Below the pieces are notes generated by a model, which searched no databases, was not told where the DNA came from, and saw nothing but the letters and a program-made list of their open reading frames with translations. The translations under genes were made by a program, and so were the position numbers. From Thermoleophilaceae bacterium (GTDB taxonomy: Bacteria > Actinomycetota > Thermoleophilia > Solirubrobacterales > Thermoleophilaceae), in NCBI GenBank assembly GCA_044867325.1, contig JBIOUS010000012.1:11771-75770 (forward strand): a stretch of DNA of 64,000 nucleotides. Reading direction: 5' to 3'. Below, in pieces: positions 28,506-37,956 of this stretch (position 1 is its first letter; the number at the start of each line of letters is the position of its first letter).

Positions 28506-29579
28506 TCACGGAGCGGCGGCGGATGACGCCGGCAGCCAGGTGGGCGAGGCGGAGCTACGGGCAAGGCGGCTCGGCTTCCCGGATCCGTCGGCGCGGACGG
28601 CGTAGACCTCCCGTCCGTTCGAGTAGGCGACGAGGCGGTTCCCGAGCCATTCGGGCTGATCGTCGAGCGAGAGCGTCTCGGCCAGCGCGACGTCGCGGCC
28701 GTCGCGCAGGTCGCGCACATGCAGGCGCCAGCCGCCGGGACCTGCCCCGGCCGTGCGCCAGTAGGCGATTCGCCGCCCGTCGGGCGACACCGAGGGATCC
28801 CTGGCGCCGTCGGCGACGACATGAGCACGGTCGTCGCCCAACCGCCCCGCGATCATGAGGCGGCTGGTCCCGGACGCCAGGGCGAGGGTCGCGTAGAAGC
28901 GATCTCCCGACCCGAACGTCACGCTCCATAGCTCGGCGCCGTCGAGGCTCACGGACCTGCCACCGCGGCGAACATCGAGGTCCTCCAGTCGCATCGACGT
29001 ATCGCCGTGGCGCATGTCGACGATGCGCGTCACCGTCGAGAAGCTCCTGGTGTGCGCCGTGTAGCCGTTGCCGTCGACGAGCACGGTGTAGGCGCCGTAG
29101 CGTCCGTCACGTGTGACGCGAGCGCGGCTCGGCACGCCGTCGACCCGTCGATGCGCCACCGGTCGCAGCCGACGGTCGACGACGATGACGTCGGAGGCAG
29201 ATCCGGTCGGGGACCTCTGCAGGCAGAGTCCCGCTCCCGTCGGGCTGATGTGGAAGCGGTCGCAGGCGATCCCGCCGATCTGGCGGACACCGACGAAGCT
29301 GATGAGCTCGAGCAGCCTTCCGTCGCTGCCGGGGGCTCGCTCGTCGACCAAGCGCACGAGCAGCCGGCCGGGAAATCTCACCGCGTGTCCGGCTTTCAGC
29401 TCGTCACGGCTATGCGTGGGCTCGGCCGGTGGCGACTGGCGCTTGGCGCCGGCGACCGATGGCGCGGGCTGATCTGGCGAGTCGCCTCCGCAGCCGGCGC
29501 TCGCGCATACGGCGACCAGCAGCATCGACAGGCAGGTCGAAGCGGCTCCCCTCCTGAGCCAGATCACGGTCACTCTCAC
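28506..29579 (-). CDS. lipoprotein with TolB/PD40-like beta-propeller repeats
   Basis: The GTG start is preceded by AGGAGG. The lipobox is 'LLVAVCASAGCGG'. 'DPSVSPDGRRIAYW' and 'VTRDGRYGAY' are PD40-like. The specific function is unknown. Confidence 0.65.
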   Translation of the reverse strand: MRVTVIWLRRGAASTCLSMLLVAVCASAGCGGDSPDQPAPSVAGAKRQSPPAEPTHSRDELKAGHAVRFPGRLLVRLVDERAPGSDGRLLELISFVGVRQIGGIACDRFHISPTGAGLCLQRSPTGSASDVIVVDRRLRPVAHRRVDGVPSRARVTRDGRYGAYTVLVDGNGYTAHTRSFSTVTRIVDMRHGDTSMRLEDLDVRRGGRSVSLDGAELWSVTFGSGDRFYATLALASGTSRLMIAGRLGDDRAHVVADGARDPSVSPDGRRIAYWRTAGAGPGGWRLHVRDLRDGRDVALAETLSLDDQPEWLGNRLVAYSNGREVYAVRADGSGKPSRLARSSASPTWLPASSAAAP

Positions 29580-29630
29580 TCCCTCCTAGTCGCCGCGACT
29601 CTACACCGCTCGCGGGTTGGAGCAAGCCTC

Positions 29631-31466
29631 TCAGGGCGCGGAGCTCTGTAGCACCGCGCCGGCGACCTCCTGCCACCAGGCTTTCGCCTCGGGGCTCCGA
29701 GCGCGGCCGACGCGGTCACGGCAGAAGCGGACGAGCTGGCGCGGGCTGCCGGTCGCGACGACGCCCTCGCCGGTCACGGCGAGCCGCCCGTCGGCGAGCA
29801 GCACTAGCGCGCCGCGGGCCTCGCGGCGGGTTCGTAGCGTGCGGTTTACGGCGACGTCGGCGATCTGCTCCGGCGCCGCCGGATCGCCGTCCGCGTCGCG
29901 CCACGGCCTGACGCTGAAGATCGGGCTGCGGCCTTGCGGGGCGGAGATTCGATCTGGCGCCGGCCGGGCGATCGGGCCGTCGCGCCAGCGCTCGAACAGC
30001 GCCTCGACGTCGCCGCGGGCGTTCTCGCGCACGACGATGTGCAGTCGGTCGCCGGCGGCGACCTCAGTCGATCCTCGCGGCAGCAGCGCCTCGTCGTCGC
30101 GGACGATCACGTTGACGAGCGCGTCGCGCGGCAGGCCGAGCTCGTTGACGAGCCGGCCGACGAGCGCGTGGTCGTCGCGGACCGGGAACTCGAGCACCTC
30201 GGCGCCGAGCCGGCGGATCGTTCCGACCTCCATCACGGGCGGCGGCACCGCCTCGGCGCGGCTCGTCAACTTCAGGAAGCGCGCGAGCGGATTTATCGTC
30301 GCTCCCTGGACGAGGGCCGAGGTGATGACGACGAAGAAGACGAGGTTGAACAGCTCCTCGGCGTGCGGGACGCCGTCGATCACCGGGAAGGTGGCGAATA
30401 CGACCGGGACCGCGCCGCGTAGCCCCGACCAGCTGAGCAACGTCGCCTCGCGGGCGTTGTAGCCACTTGGGACGGTCGTCAGGAAGGTGGCGACCGGGCG
30501 GGCGACGAGCGTGAGGACGAGCGCCAGCGCCAGTCCCTCGAGCGCGATGTCGCCGAGCTCGGAAGGGAAGACCAGCAGGCCGAGCGTGAAGAAGAGCGCG
30601 ATCTGGGCGACCCACGCGAGGCCGGCGTGGAAGTCGTCGATCGTGCGCCGTGCCGGGATCCGCGCGCTGCCGAGGCTGAGACCGGCCATGTAGACGGCGA
30701 GGAAGCCCGATCCTCCGAGTTGATCGGCGGCGCCGAACGCGATTGCCGCCGTGGCGATCGAGGCGACGGGGTAGAGGCCGGTCGTCGCGAAAGCGACCTT
30801 GCGAAACGCGGCCACCGCGGCGGCGCCGACCGCGAAGCCGACCAGCGCGCCGATCGACAGTTGTTGGACCATCAGCACCAACATGTCGGTGACGCCGTAG
30901 CCGTCGGGCGTCTGGATCCACTCGATGAAGCCGAGCACCAGCAGCACAGCGATCGGGTCGTTGAAGCCGGACTCGGCCTCGAGCGTGCGCGCAATCTTGC
31001 GCCGGATGCTCGAGCCGCGCAGCACCGAGAAGATCGCGGCGCTGTCGGTCGACGCGATCACCGAGCCGAGCAGCAGCCCCTCGAGCACCGTCAGGTCGAA
31101 CAGCAGGTGCGAGAGCAGGCCGGTGATCGCGGCCGTGATCAGCGTTCCGAAGCTCGCCAGCGGCAGCGCCCCCCGCAGTACCGGCCGGATCTCGCTCCAG
31201 CCGGCGCCGAGCCCGCCCTCGAACAGGATCAGCGCGAGCGCGATGATCCCGATCGTGCGTGCCAGCTCGACATCGCTCTCGGTCGAGCCGAAAGTGATCA
31301 GCCCGAGCCCGTCGGATCCGATCGCCATTCCGAGCACCAGGAACAGCACCAGGCCGGGGACGCGCAGCCGCCCGGCCAGCAACGTCGCTCCGATCCCGAG
31401 CGCCAGCAGGCTGCCGGCGATCAGGATGAGCGTGCCGTCGTGCATTGGCCGGCAGCCTAGACTCAT
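29631..31466 (-). CDS. monovalent cation:proton antiporter (CPA1/NhaP2-type) with C-terminal TrkA-C (RCK_C) domain
   Basis: It has about 12 TM helices with 'ESGFNDPIAVLL' as the Na/H-exchanger motif, and RCK_C shows 'GDRLHIVV'. An alternative start is the ATG at 31445 ('MHDGTLILIAG'). Confidence 0.9.
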   Translation of the reverse strand: MSLGCRPMHDGTLILIAGSLLALGIGATLLAGRLRVPGLVLFLVLGMAIGSDGLGLITFGSTESDVELARTIGIIALALILFEGGLGAGWSEIRPVLRGALPLASFGTLITAAITGLLSHLLFDLTVLEGLLLGSVIASTDSAAIFSVLRGSSIRRKIARTLEAESGFNDPIAVLLVLGFIEWIQTPDGYGVTDMLVLMVQQLSIGALVGFAVGAAAVAAFRKVAFATTGLYPVASIATAAIAFGAADQLGGSGFLAVYMAGLSLGSARIPARRTIDDFHAGLAWVAQIALFFTLGLLVFPSELGDIALEGLALALVLTLVARPVATFLTTVPSGYNAREATLLSWSGLRGAVPVVFATFPVIDGVPHAEELFNLVFFVVITSALVQGATINPLARFLKLTSRAEAVPPPVMEVGTIRRLGAEVLEFPVRDDHALVGRLVNELGLPRDALVNVIVRDDEALLPRGSTEVAAGDRLHIVVRENARGDVEALFERWRDGPIARPAPDRISAPQGRSPIFSVRPWRDADGDPAAPEQIADVAVNRTLRTRREARGALVLLADGRLAVTGEGVVATGSPRQLVRFCRDRVGRARSPEAKAWWQEVAGAVLQSSAP

Positions 31467-31472
31467 GGATAG

Positions 31473-31904
31473 ATGGCGGTTGTCGACCAGGTTCAGGAGG
31501 ACGCGATCACGGCGCTCAAAGCGGGCGACCGCGAGCGTGCCGGTGCGCTGCGATTGATCGCCTCTGAGCTGCAGAAGGCGGTCAAGGACGGCGGCGACGA
31601 CGAGGTCGCGGTGCTCCAGCGCGAGCGCAAGCGGCGGCTCGAGTCGGCACAGGCCTACCGCGACGGTGGGCGCGACGACCTCGCGACCACCGAGGAGGCC
31701 GAGGCCGAGCTGATCGTGAGCTACATGCCGGAGCAGATCGGCGACGCCGAGCTGGCCGAGATCGTCGCGGGAGCGGTGGCCGAGTCAGGCGCCAGCTCGC
31801 CACGCGACATGGGCAACGTGATGAAGCTGGTGATGCCGCAAGTAGTGGGCCGTGCCGACGGCAAGCGTGTGAGCGCGGCCGTGAAGGAGAAGCTGACCGC
31901 CTAG
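31473..31904 (+). CDS. yqeY: GatB/YqeY domain protein
   Basis: 'AGDRERAGALRLI.SELQKA....', 'VLQRE.KRR.ESAQAYRDGGR.DLA..EEAE..I...YMP', 'MG.VMK.VM' match the family. Confidence 0.85.
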   Translation: MAVVDQVQEDAITALKAGDRERAGALRLIASELQKAVKDGGDDEVAVLQRERKRRLESAQAYRDGGRDDLATTEEAEAELIVSYMPEQIGDAELAEIVAGAVAESGASSPRDMGNVMKLVMPQVVGRADGKRVSAAVKEKLTA

Positions 31905-32884
31905 TGCGCCGCCAGATCGAGCTCTCGAACGACGTCGCCGCGGAGCTGGCCGGGCCTGAGGACCTGATCATGCGCACGCTCGAGGGTCATCTCGACTGCG
32001 AGGTATTCCTGCGCGGCAACGTGCTGACGCTCGACGGTTCGGACGAGCAGATCGAAATGGGCGAGACCGTCGTCCGCGAGCTGTCCGACCTGATCCGTCA
32101 AGGCCACGACGTCGCGCCGGGGACGATCGAGGCGATCGGCTCGGCGCTCGATGAGCACGAGAGCCCGAGCAAGATCCTCGAGGACGTGATCTGGCGTCAC
32201 CGCGGGTTGAAGGTCGCTCCGAAGACGGTCAACCAAAAGCGCTACGTCGATGCGATCCGCTCGAACACGATCACCGTCGGAATCGGTCCCGCCGGCACCG
32301 GCAAGTCGTTCCTCGCGGTTGCGATGGCGGTAGCCGCGCTGCAGCGGCGTGAGGTCAACCGGATCGTCCTGACGCGGCCGGCGGTCGAGGCCGGCGAGCG
32401 ACTCGGCTTCCTGCCGGGCGATCTGATGGCGAAGGTCGATCCGTACCTGCGGCCGCTGTTCGACGCGCTCTACGACATGCTCGAGGCGGAGAAGGTCAAT
32501 CAGCACCTCGAGCGCAACGTGATCGAGGTGGCGCCGCTCGCATTCATGCGCGGACGCACGCTGAACGACTCGTTCATCATCGTCGACGAGGCGCAGAACA
32601 CGACGCCGGAGCAGATGAAGATGGTCATGACGCGGCTCGGCTTCGGGTCGAAGATGGTCGTCACCGGCGACGTGACCCAGGTCGACCTGCCGAAGGAGAC
32701 GCACTCCGGCCTCGTCGTGATCGGCGACATCCTCGCCGACGTCGAGGGGATCGAGTTCGTTCGCTTCGGCGGCGAGGACGTCGTCCGCCACAAGCTCGTC
32801 CAGCGGATCGTCGCGGCCTACGGCGAGTACGCCGAGTCCCAGGCGCCGGAGCTGCGCAACTCGCAGTCACGCAGGAGAGCCTGA
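31904..32884 (+). CDS. phoH: PhoH-like ATPase (YbeZ)
   Basis: Walker A is 'GPAGTGKSFLA'. 'LTRPAVEAGE.LGFLPGDL..K..PYLRPL.DAL' and 'IIVDEAQN' are also present. Confidence 0.92.
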   Translation: MRRQIELSNDVAAELAGPEDLIMRTLEGHLDCEVFLRGNVLTLDGSDEQIEMGETVVRELSDLIRQGHDVAPGTIEAIGSALDEHESPSKILEDVIWRHRGLKVAPKTVNQKRYVDAIRSNTITVGIGPAGTGKSFLAVAMAVAALQRREVNRIVLTRPAVEAGERLGFLPGDLMAKVDPYLRPLFDALYDMLEAEKVNQHLERNVIEVAPLAFMRGRTLNDSFIIVDEAQNTTPEQMKMVMTRLGFGSKMVVTGDVTQVDLPKETHSGLVVIGDILADVEGIEFVRFGGEDVVRHKLVQRIVAAYGEYAESQAPELRNSQSRRRA

Positions 32885-33261
32885 TCGAGATCGAGATCAT
32901 CGACGCGCCGGAGGCCCCGGCGGGCTTCGACGCGGCCGCCCGCGCCGCGCTCGCGGCGGCGGGGGTCGACGGCGAGCTGCACCTGGCGATCGCCTTTGTC
33001 GGCGAGGCCGAGATCCACGAGCTCAACCGCGACCACCGCGACCGCGCCCAGCCGACCGACGTGCTGTCGTTCCCGATCGACGGGGACGGGCCGGCCGCGG
33101 GCCCGCGCGAGCTCGGCGACGTGGTGATCTGCCCGGAGCAGACCGAGGATCTGACCGAGGCCGTCGTCCACGGCGTGCTGCACCTCTGCGGCTACGACCA
33201 CGAGACCGACGACGGCGAGATGCTCGCACTCCAGGATCGCGTCATGGAGGGACTGCGGTGA
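32881..33261 (+). CDS. ybeY: endoribonuclease YbeY (rRNA maturation factor); start codon uncertain and non-canonical
   Basis: 'IHELNRDHRDRAQPTDVLSFP' and the zinc motif 'HGVLHLCGYDH' identify it. The conserved N-terminal half lies upstream of the first in-frame ATG/GTG/TTG (33061). Initiation is therefore probably at the CTG at 32881, overlapping the phoH TGA. Confidence 0.8.
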   Translation: MIEIEIIDAPEAPAGFDAAARAALAAAGVDGELHLAIAFVGEAEIHELNRDHRDRAQPTDVLSFPIDGDGPAAGPRELGDVVICPEQTEDLTEAVVHGVLHLCGYDHETDDGEMLALQDRVMEGLR

Positions 33262-34145
33262 GCGCTACTCGGGCGGGGTTCATCGCGCTCGCCGGGCGGC
33301 CGAACGCCGGCAAGTCGACGCTCGTCAACCGGATCGTTGGCGACAAGGTGGCGATCGTCTCCGACAAGCCGCAGACGACGCGGCGTGAGATCCGCGGCAT
33401 CGCGACCGGCGACGACTGGCAGTTGGTCTTGGTCGACCTGCCCGGCGTCCAGCGGCCACGCGATCCGATGACCGAGCGGATGCAGCACCGCGTCGAGCAC
33501 GCGCTGCGCGATGCCGACGCGATCCTCTTCATGCTCAACGGCGCGCAGCGGATCGGCCCCGGCGACCGCTACATCGCACGAGCGATCCGCTCGTCCGGCG
33601 TTCCGACCGTCACCGCCGTCAACAAGGTCGACAAGCTGCGTAGGGCCGAGACGGCGGCGGCGCTGACCGCGGCCGTGGGGCTCGACGTTCCCGGCGACGT
33701 CTTCCCGATCAGCGCGAAGTCGGGCGACGGCGTCGAGCCGCTCGTCGAGCACCTCGTCGGTCTGCTGCCCGAGGGTCCGTGGCTCTACCCGCCAGAGGAC
33801 AGCTCCGATCAGCCAGAGCACGTCCAGATCGCCGAGCTGGTGCGCGAGCAGGTGCTGCGCCGCACGCGTGAGGAGCTTCCGCACGCCGTCGAGGTCGAGG
33901 TGACGAGCATCGCCGAGCGCGAGACCGGCGTGCTCTGGGTCGAGGCGAGCATCTGGGCCGAGAGCGAGTCGCAGAAGGGGATCCTGATCGGGGGCGGCGG
34001 CCGGATGGTCAAGGCGGTTGGGACGGCGGCGCGGGAGCAGATCGAGGCGGTGTTGGGGCGGCGCGTTCATTTGGAGTTGCGGGTTCGGGTGCGGCGGGAT
34101 TGGCGAGCTGATGATGCTCTTTTGGACCGGCTGGGGATTGAGTAG
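33258..34145 (+). CDS. era: GTPase Era
   Basis: G1 is 'GRPNAGKSTL', G3 is 'DLPG' and G4 is 'NKVD'. The KH domain shows 'I..E..SQKGI.IG..G..VK'. Confidence 0.95.
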   Translation: MSATRAGFIALAGRPNAGKSTLVNRIVGDKVAIVSDKPQTTRREIRGIATGDDWQLVLVDLPGVQRPRDPMTERMQHRVEHALRDADAILFMLNGAQRIGPGDRYIARAIRSSGVPTVTAVNKVDKLRRAETAAALTAAVGLDVPGDVFPISAKSGDGVEPLVEHLVGLLPEGPWLYPPEDSSDQPEHVQIAELVREQVLRRTREELPHAVEVEVTSIAERETGVLWVEASIWAESESQKGILIGGGGRMVKAVGTAAREQIEAVLGRRVHLELRVRVRRDWRADDALLDRLGIE

Positions 34146-34179
34146 GGCTCCGGCGTTGCTGCCCGCGGGTCCTGTCTCC

Positions 34180-34224
34180 GATTTTGGTCTGGATGCTCGC
34201 AAGCTCCGCTCCAGACGCAAAATC
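34180..34224. promoter_or_regulatory. AT-flanked palindrome upstream of hisIE-trp genes (operator- or terminator-like)
   Basis: GATTTTGGTCTGGA (34180-34193) and TCCAGACGCAAAATC (34210-34224) form a near-perfect inverted repeat with a 16-nt spacer. It lies in the gap between era and hisIE. Confidence 0.35.
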
Positions 34225-34271
34225 GTCGCCACCCGCGGAGGCATACGGTGCGGCTCTGGGACAATGGCGTG

Positions 34272-34871
34272 ATGGAGGAGATCCGCTTCGACGACGATGG
34301 GCTCGTGCCGTGCGTGATGCAGGATGCGCGTACGGGGGAGGTGCTGACGCTCGCGTACATGAATGAGGAGGCGCTGCGGCTGACGCGCGAGACGGGGGAG
34401 ATGCACTTCTGGAGCCGCTCGCGTCAGGAGATCTGGCATAAGGGCGCCACGTCGGGGAACACGATGAAGGTGCGTGCGCTGCGCGTCGACTGCGACGCCG
34501 ACGCGATCGTCGCGTTGGTGGATCCAGCCGGTCCCGCCTGCCACACCGGCGAGCGGAGCTGCTTCCACGCTGGCGAGCTCGATCCGCAGCCGGGCGAGGC
34601 GCTTGCCGAGCTGGAGCGGACGATCGCGGCGCGCAAGGCGACTGGAGACGGCGGATCGAGTTACACGGCGCAGTTGCTCGCCGATCCGCCGTTCATCGGC
34701 GAGAAGGTGCGTGAGGAGGCCGAGGAGGTGACGCGCGCCGCACGCGAGGAGTCCGACGAGCGCGTGCGTGAGGAGGCCGCTGACGTGCTCTACCACCTGG
34801 CCGTGCTGCTGGCGTCGCGCGACATGTCCTACGCCGACGCTTTCGAGGAGCTCAATGCCCGTCGCAAGTGA
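34272..34871 (+). CDS. hisIE: bifunctional phosphoribosyl-AMP cyclohydrolase / phosphoribosyl-ATP pyrophosphatase
   Basis: The HisI part shows '[26 protein letters not shown]', '[17 protein letters not shown]' and 'CHTGERSCF'. The HisE part shows 'SYTAQLL.......KV.EEAEEV', '[12 protein letters not shown]'. An upstream ATG at 34248 is also possible. Confidence 0.9.
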   Translation: MEEIRFDDDGLVPCVMQDARTGEVLTLAYMNEEALRLTRETGEMHFWSRSRQEIWHKGATSGNTMKVRALRVDCDADAIVALVDPAGPACHTGERSCFHAGELDPQPGEALAELERTIAARKATGDGGSSYTAQLLADPPFIGEKVREEAEEVTRAAREESDERVREEAADVLYHLAVLLASRDMSYADAFEELNARRK

Positions 34872-36342
34872 GGGACTGGAGGTCTCGCCGTCGCTGGAGG
34901 AAGTTCGTGAGCTGGCCCGCGAGCACACGCTGGTGCCGCTGCGCCACACCTTCATCGACGACTGCGAGACACCGGTCTCGGCCTATCTGAAGCTGCGCGG
35001 CGACGGGCCGTCGTTCCTGTTGGAGTCGGCCGAGCAGGGGCAGCGCTTCGGCCGCTGGTCGTTCCTCGGCTTCCGCCCGCGCAGCGTGATCCGGCTCGAG
35101 GACGGCCAGCTGACAGTCGACGGCGGGCGCCGCGACTTCGACGACCCCTATGCGGCGGTCGCCGACGAGCTCAGCCGCTACCGGATCGCTCCGATCGAGG
35201 GCCTGCCGCCGTTCGTCGGCGGCGCGGTCGGCCTGTTCGGCTACGACCTCGTCCGTCATGCCGAGCCGTCGGTCGGCCCCGGCAACCCGGACGAGCTGGG
35301 CGCGCCCGACATGGCGTTGATGGTCACCGACGTGCTGGTCGTCTTCGACCACCTGCGTCACGAGCTGTCGATCCTCGCGAACGTCTTTGCCGAGGGCGAT
35401 CTCGACGAGGCATACGCCGATGCGCGGTCGGCGATCGCCGAGGTGCGCGAGCGACTGGCGGGGCCGGTGCCGCGGGCGGAGGCCGGCATCCAGGACCCGC
35501 CCAGCTACGAGTCGAACATCGGCTCCGAGGGCTACGCCGCCGCTGTCGAGCGCTGCAAGGAGTACATCCGCGCCGGCGACGCCTACCAGGTAGTGCCGAG
35601 CCAGCGTTGGAGCGCCGACTGTCCCGTCAGTGCGTTCTCGATCTACCGCGGCCTGCGCGCGGTCAACCCGAGTCCCTACATGTACTTCCTCGACTTCGGC
35701 GACTTCGAGATCGCCGGCGCGTCGCCGGAGTCGCTGGTCAAGGTGACCGGCCGCCGTGCCGAGCAGCGGCCGATCGCGGGTACGCGTCCGCGTGCCGCCA
35801 CCGCCGCCGAGGATCTCGAGCTGGCCGAGGACCTGCTCGCCGACGAGAAGGAGCGGGCCGAGCATGTGATGCTCGTCGACCTCGCGCGCAACGACCTGGG
35901 CCGCGTCTGCGAGTACGGCAGCGTCAAGGTCGACGAGCTGATGGTCGTCGAGACCTACTCGCACGTCCTGCACATCGTCTCGTCGGTCTCCGGCACGCTG
36001 CGCGACGACGTCACGCCGATGGACGCGCTCGCGGCATCGTTGCCTGCCGGCACGCTGTCCGGCGCGCCGAAGATCCGCGCGATGCAGATCATCGACGAGC
36101 TCGAGCCGACCAAGCGCGGTCCCTACGGCGGCTCGGTCGGATACCTCTCCTACAGCGGCGATCTAGACGCCTGCATCTACATCCGCTCGGCCGTCGTCAA
36201 GGACGGCCGCGTCCACCTCCAGGCCGGCGGCGGCATCGTCGCCGACTCCGATCCGCAGTATGAGGTGCGCGAGACCGAGCACAAGGCCGGCGCCGTCTTC
36301 CAGGCGATCGAGCTCGCGTGCAGGCAGGTGGACTGGGCATGA
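34855..36342 (+). CDS. trpE: anthranilate synthase component I
   Basis: An ATG at 34855 lies inside ORF 34768.. and overlaps the hisIE end. 'LLESAEQG...GRWSF', '[11 protein letters not shown]', 'NPSPYMYF' and '[16 protein letters not shown]...RG.YGG.VGY' are present. Confidence 0.95.
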   Translation: MPVASEGLEVSPSLEEVRELAREHTLVPLRHTFIDDCETPVSAYLKLRGDGPSFLLESAEQGQRFGRWSFLGFRPRSVIRLEDGQLTVDGGRRDFDDPYAAVADELSRYRIAPIEGLPPFVGGAVGLFGYDLVRHAEPSVGPGNPDELGAPDMALMVTDVLVVFDHLRHELSILANVFAEGDLDEAYADARSAIAEVRERLAGPVPRAEAGIQDPPSYESNIGSEGYAAAVERCKEYIRAGDAYQVVPSQRWSADCPVSAFSIYRGLRAVNPSPYMYFLDFGDFEIAGASPESLVKVTGRRAEQRPIAGTRPRAATAAEDLELAEDLLADEKERAEHVMLVDLARNDLGRVCEYGSVKVDELMVVETYSHVLHIVSSVSGTLRDDVTPMDALAASLPAGTLSGAPKIRAMQIIDELEPTKRGPYGGSVGYLSYSGDLDACIYIRSAVVKDGRVHLQAGGGIVADSDPQYEVRETEHKAGAVFQAIELACRQVDWA

Positions 36343-36905
36343 GCACGACTGTCGTCCTGGACAACTACGACTCCTTCACCTACAACCTCGTCCAGTACCT
36401 GGGCGAGCTGGGGGCTGAGATCGACGTCGTGCGCAACGACGAGGCGAGCGTCGACGAGCTGCTGAAGCGCGCCCGGGGCGGTCGCCTGATCGTCTCCCCG
36501 GGCCCGTGCACGCCGACCGAGGCGGGCGTCTCGGTCGAGGCGATCCGCCGCTTCGGTGAGGAGCGGGTCCCGGTGCTCGGCGTCTGCCTTGGCCACCAAG
36601 CGATTGGCGCGGCCTTCGGCGGCCGCGTCGTCCGCGGTGAGCCCGTCCACGGCAAGACCGCGACGATCGAGCACGACGGCAAGACGATCTTCGCCGGGCT
36701 CAGCGGCCAGCTCGAGGTCGGCCGCTACCACTCGCTGGTGGTCGATCCCGACCTCCCGCCCGAGCTCGAGCGGTCGGCGTCGTTCGGCGACATCGTCATG
36801 GGCGTCCGCCACCGTGAGTTGCCGGTCGAGGGCGTGCAGTTTCACCCGGAGTCGGTCCTGACCGGCGAAGGTATGGCCATACTTCGCAACTTCCTCGCGC
36901 TCTGA
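36339..36905 (+). CDS. trpG: anthranilate synthase component II (glutamine amidotransferase)
   Basis: 'VVLDNYDSFTYNLVQYL', 'SPGPCTP', 'GVCLGHQAIG' (catalytic Cys) and 'VQFHPESVLT' are present. The ATGA start overlaps trpE. Confidence 0.95.
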   Translation: MSTTVVLDNYDSFTYNLVQYLGELGAEIDVVRNDEASVDELLKRARGGRLIVSPGPCTPTEAGVSVEAIRRFGEERVPVLGVCLGHQAIGAAFGGRVVRGEPVHGKTATIEHDGKTIFAGLSGQLEVGRYHSLVVDPDLPPELERSASFGDIVMGVRHRELPVEGVQFHPESVLTGEGMAILRNFLAL

Positions 36906-36927
36906 AGCGAGGCAAGGGGGACACCGA

Positions 36928-37956
36928 ATGCCCAATCCGATCCTGACCGAGGCGATCGACCGGCTCTGCCGGGGCGAGGCGCTGAGCGCCGACGAGGCGA
37001 CAGCCTGCCTGCACGAGGTGATGGAGGGACGCGCCTCCGAGGTCCAGACGGCCGGGTTGCTGATCGCGTTTCGAACGAAAGGCGAGACCGTCGAGGAGAT
37101 CGCGGGCATGGCGCGTGCGATGCGTGAGCTTTCGACGCCGGTGAAGTCGTCACGCGCCGAGCTCGTCGATACCGCTGGTACTGGCGGTGGCCGCCCAACT
37201 TTCAACGTCTCGACGACGGCGGCGTTCGTCGCCGCCGGAGCCGGCTGTCCGATGGCCAAGCACGGCAACCGCTCTTCGACCGGCCGCTCGGGCTCCGCCG
37301 ACGTGCTCGAGGCGCTCGGCGCGCGGATCGACCTCGGTCCCGAGGCGGTCGCCGCATGCATCGACGAGATCGGCTTCGGCTTCATGTTCGCGCCCGCGCA
37401 CCATCCGGCGATGAAGCACGTCGTCCCGGTTCGCAAGGAGCTCGCGGTAAGGACGATCTTCAACTTCCTCGGGCCGCTGACCAACCCGGCCGGAGCGCGC
37501 CGTCAGCTGATCGGCGTCTCGGATCGGCGCTTCCTCGACTTCGTAGCCGCTGCACTAGGTGAGCTCGGCTGCGAGCATGCACTGGTGGTGGCAAGCGACG
37601 ACGGCCTCGACGAGCTGAGTGTCTCCGGCCCGACCCATGTGGTCGAGCTGCGCGATGGCGATATCTCCGCCTCGGTCGTGACACCCGAGGCAGTTGGACT
37701 GGCCGTTTCACCGCAGGATGCCGTCGCCGCCGGGACCCCCGAGAAGAACGCCGGGATCGCCCGCCGCGTGCTCGCGGGCGAGACAGGCGCCGAGCGCGAC
37801 CTGACGGTGCTCAACGCCGGCGCTGCGATCTACGTCGGTGGGTTGAGCGACTCGATCGAGAGCGGCGTCCGGCTCGCCGAGCAGGCGATCGACTCCGGCG
37901 CCGCCAAGGACCTGATGGAGCGCTTCGTCGCCCGGACGCAGGAGCTGGCGGCGTGA
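36928..37956 (+). CDS. trpD: anthranilate phosphoribosyltransferase
   Basis: 'VDTAGTGGGRPTFNVSTTAAFV.A.AG..MAKHGNRS.....GSADVLEALG', 'RTIFN.LGPLTNPA' match the family. Confidence 0.95.
   Translation: MPNPILTEAIDRLCRGEALSADEATACLHEVMEGRASEVQTAGLLIAFRTKGETVEEIAGMARAMRELSTPVKSSRAELVDTAGTGGGRPTFNVSTTAAFVAAGAGCPMAKHGNRSSTGRSGSADVLEALGARIDLGPEAVAACIDEIGFGFMFAPAHHPAMKHVVPVRKELAVRTIFNFLGPLTNPAGARRQLIGVSDRRFLDFVAAALGELGCEHALVVASDDGLDELSVSGPTHVVELRDGDISASVVTPEAVGLAVSPQDAVAAGTPEKNAGIARRVLAGETGAERDLTVLNAGAAIYVGGLSDSIESGVRLAEQAIDSGAAKDLMERFVARTQELAA

Noticed and set aside
34146-34271. A tryptophan or histidine attenuator leader peptide (runs of TGG or CAC/CAT codons), or a T-box, upstream of hisIE/trpE.
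   Set aside because: No short ORF with consecutive Trp or His codons is present, and no T-box (AGGGUGGNACCGCG-like) sequence is seen. Only the palindrome reported separately was found.
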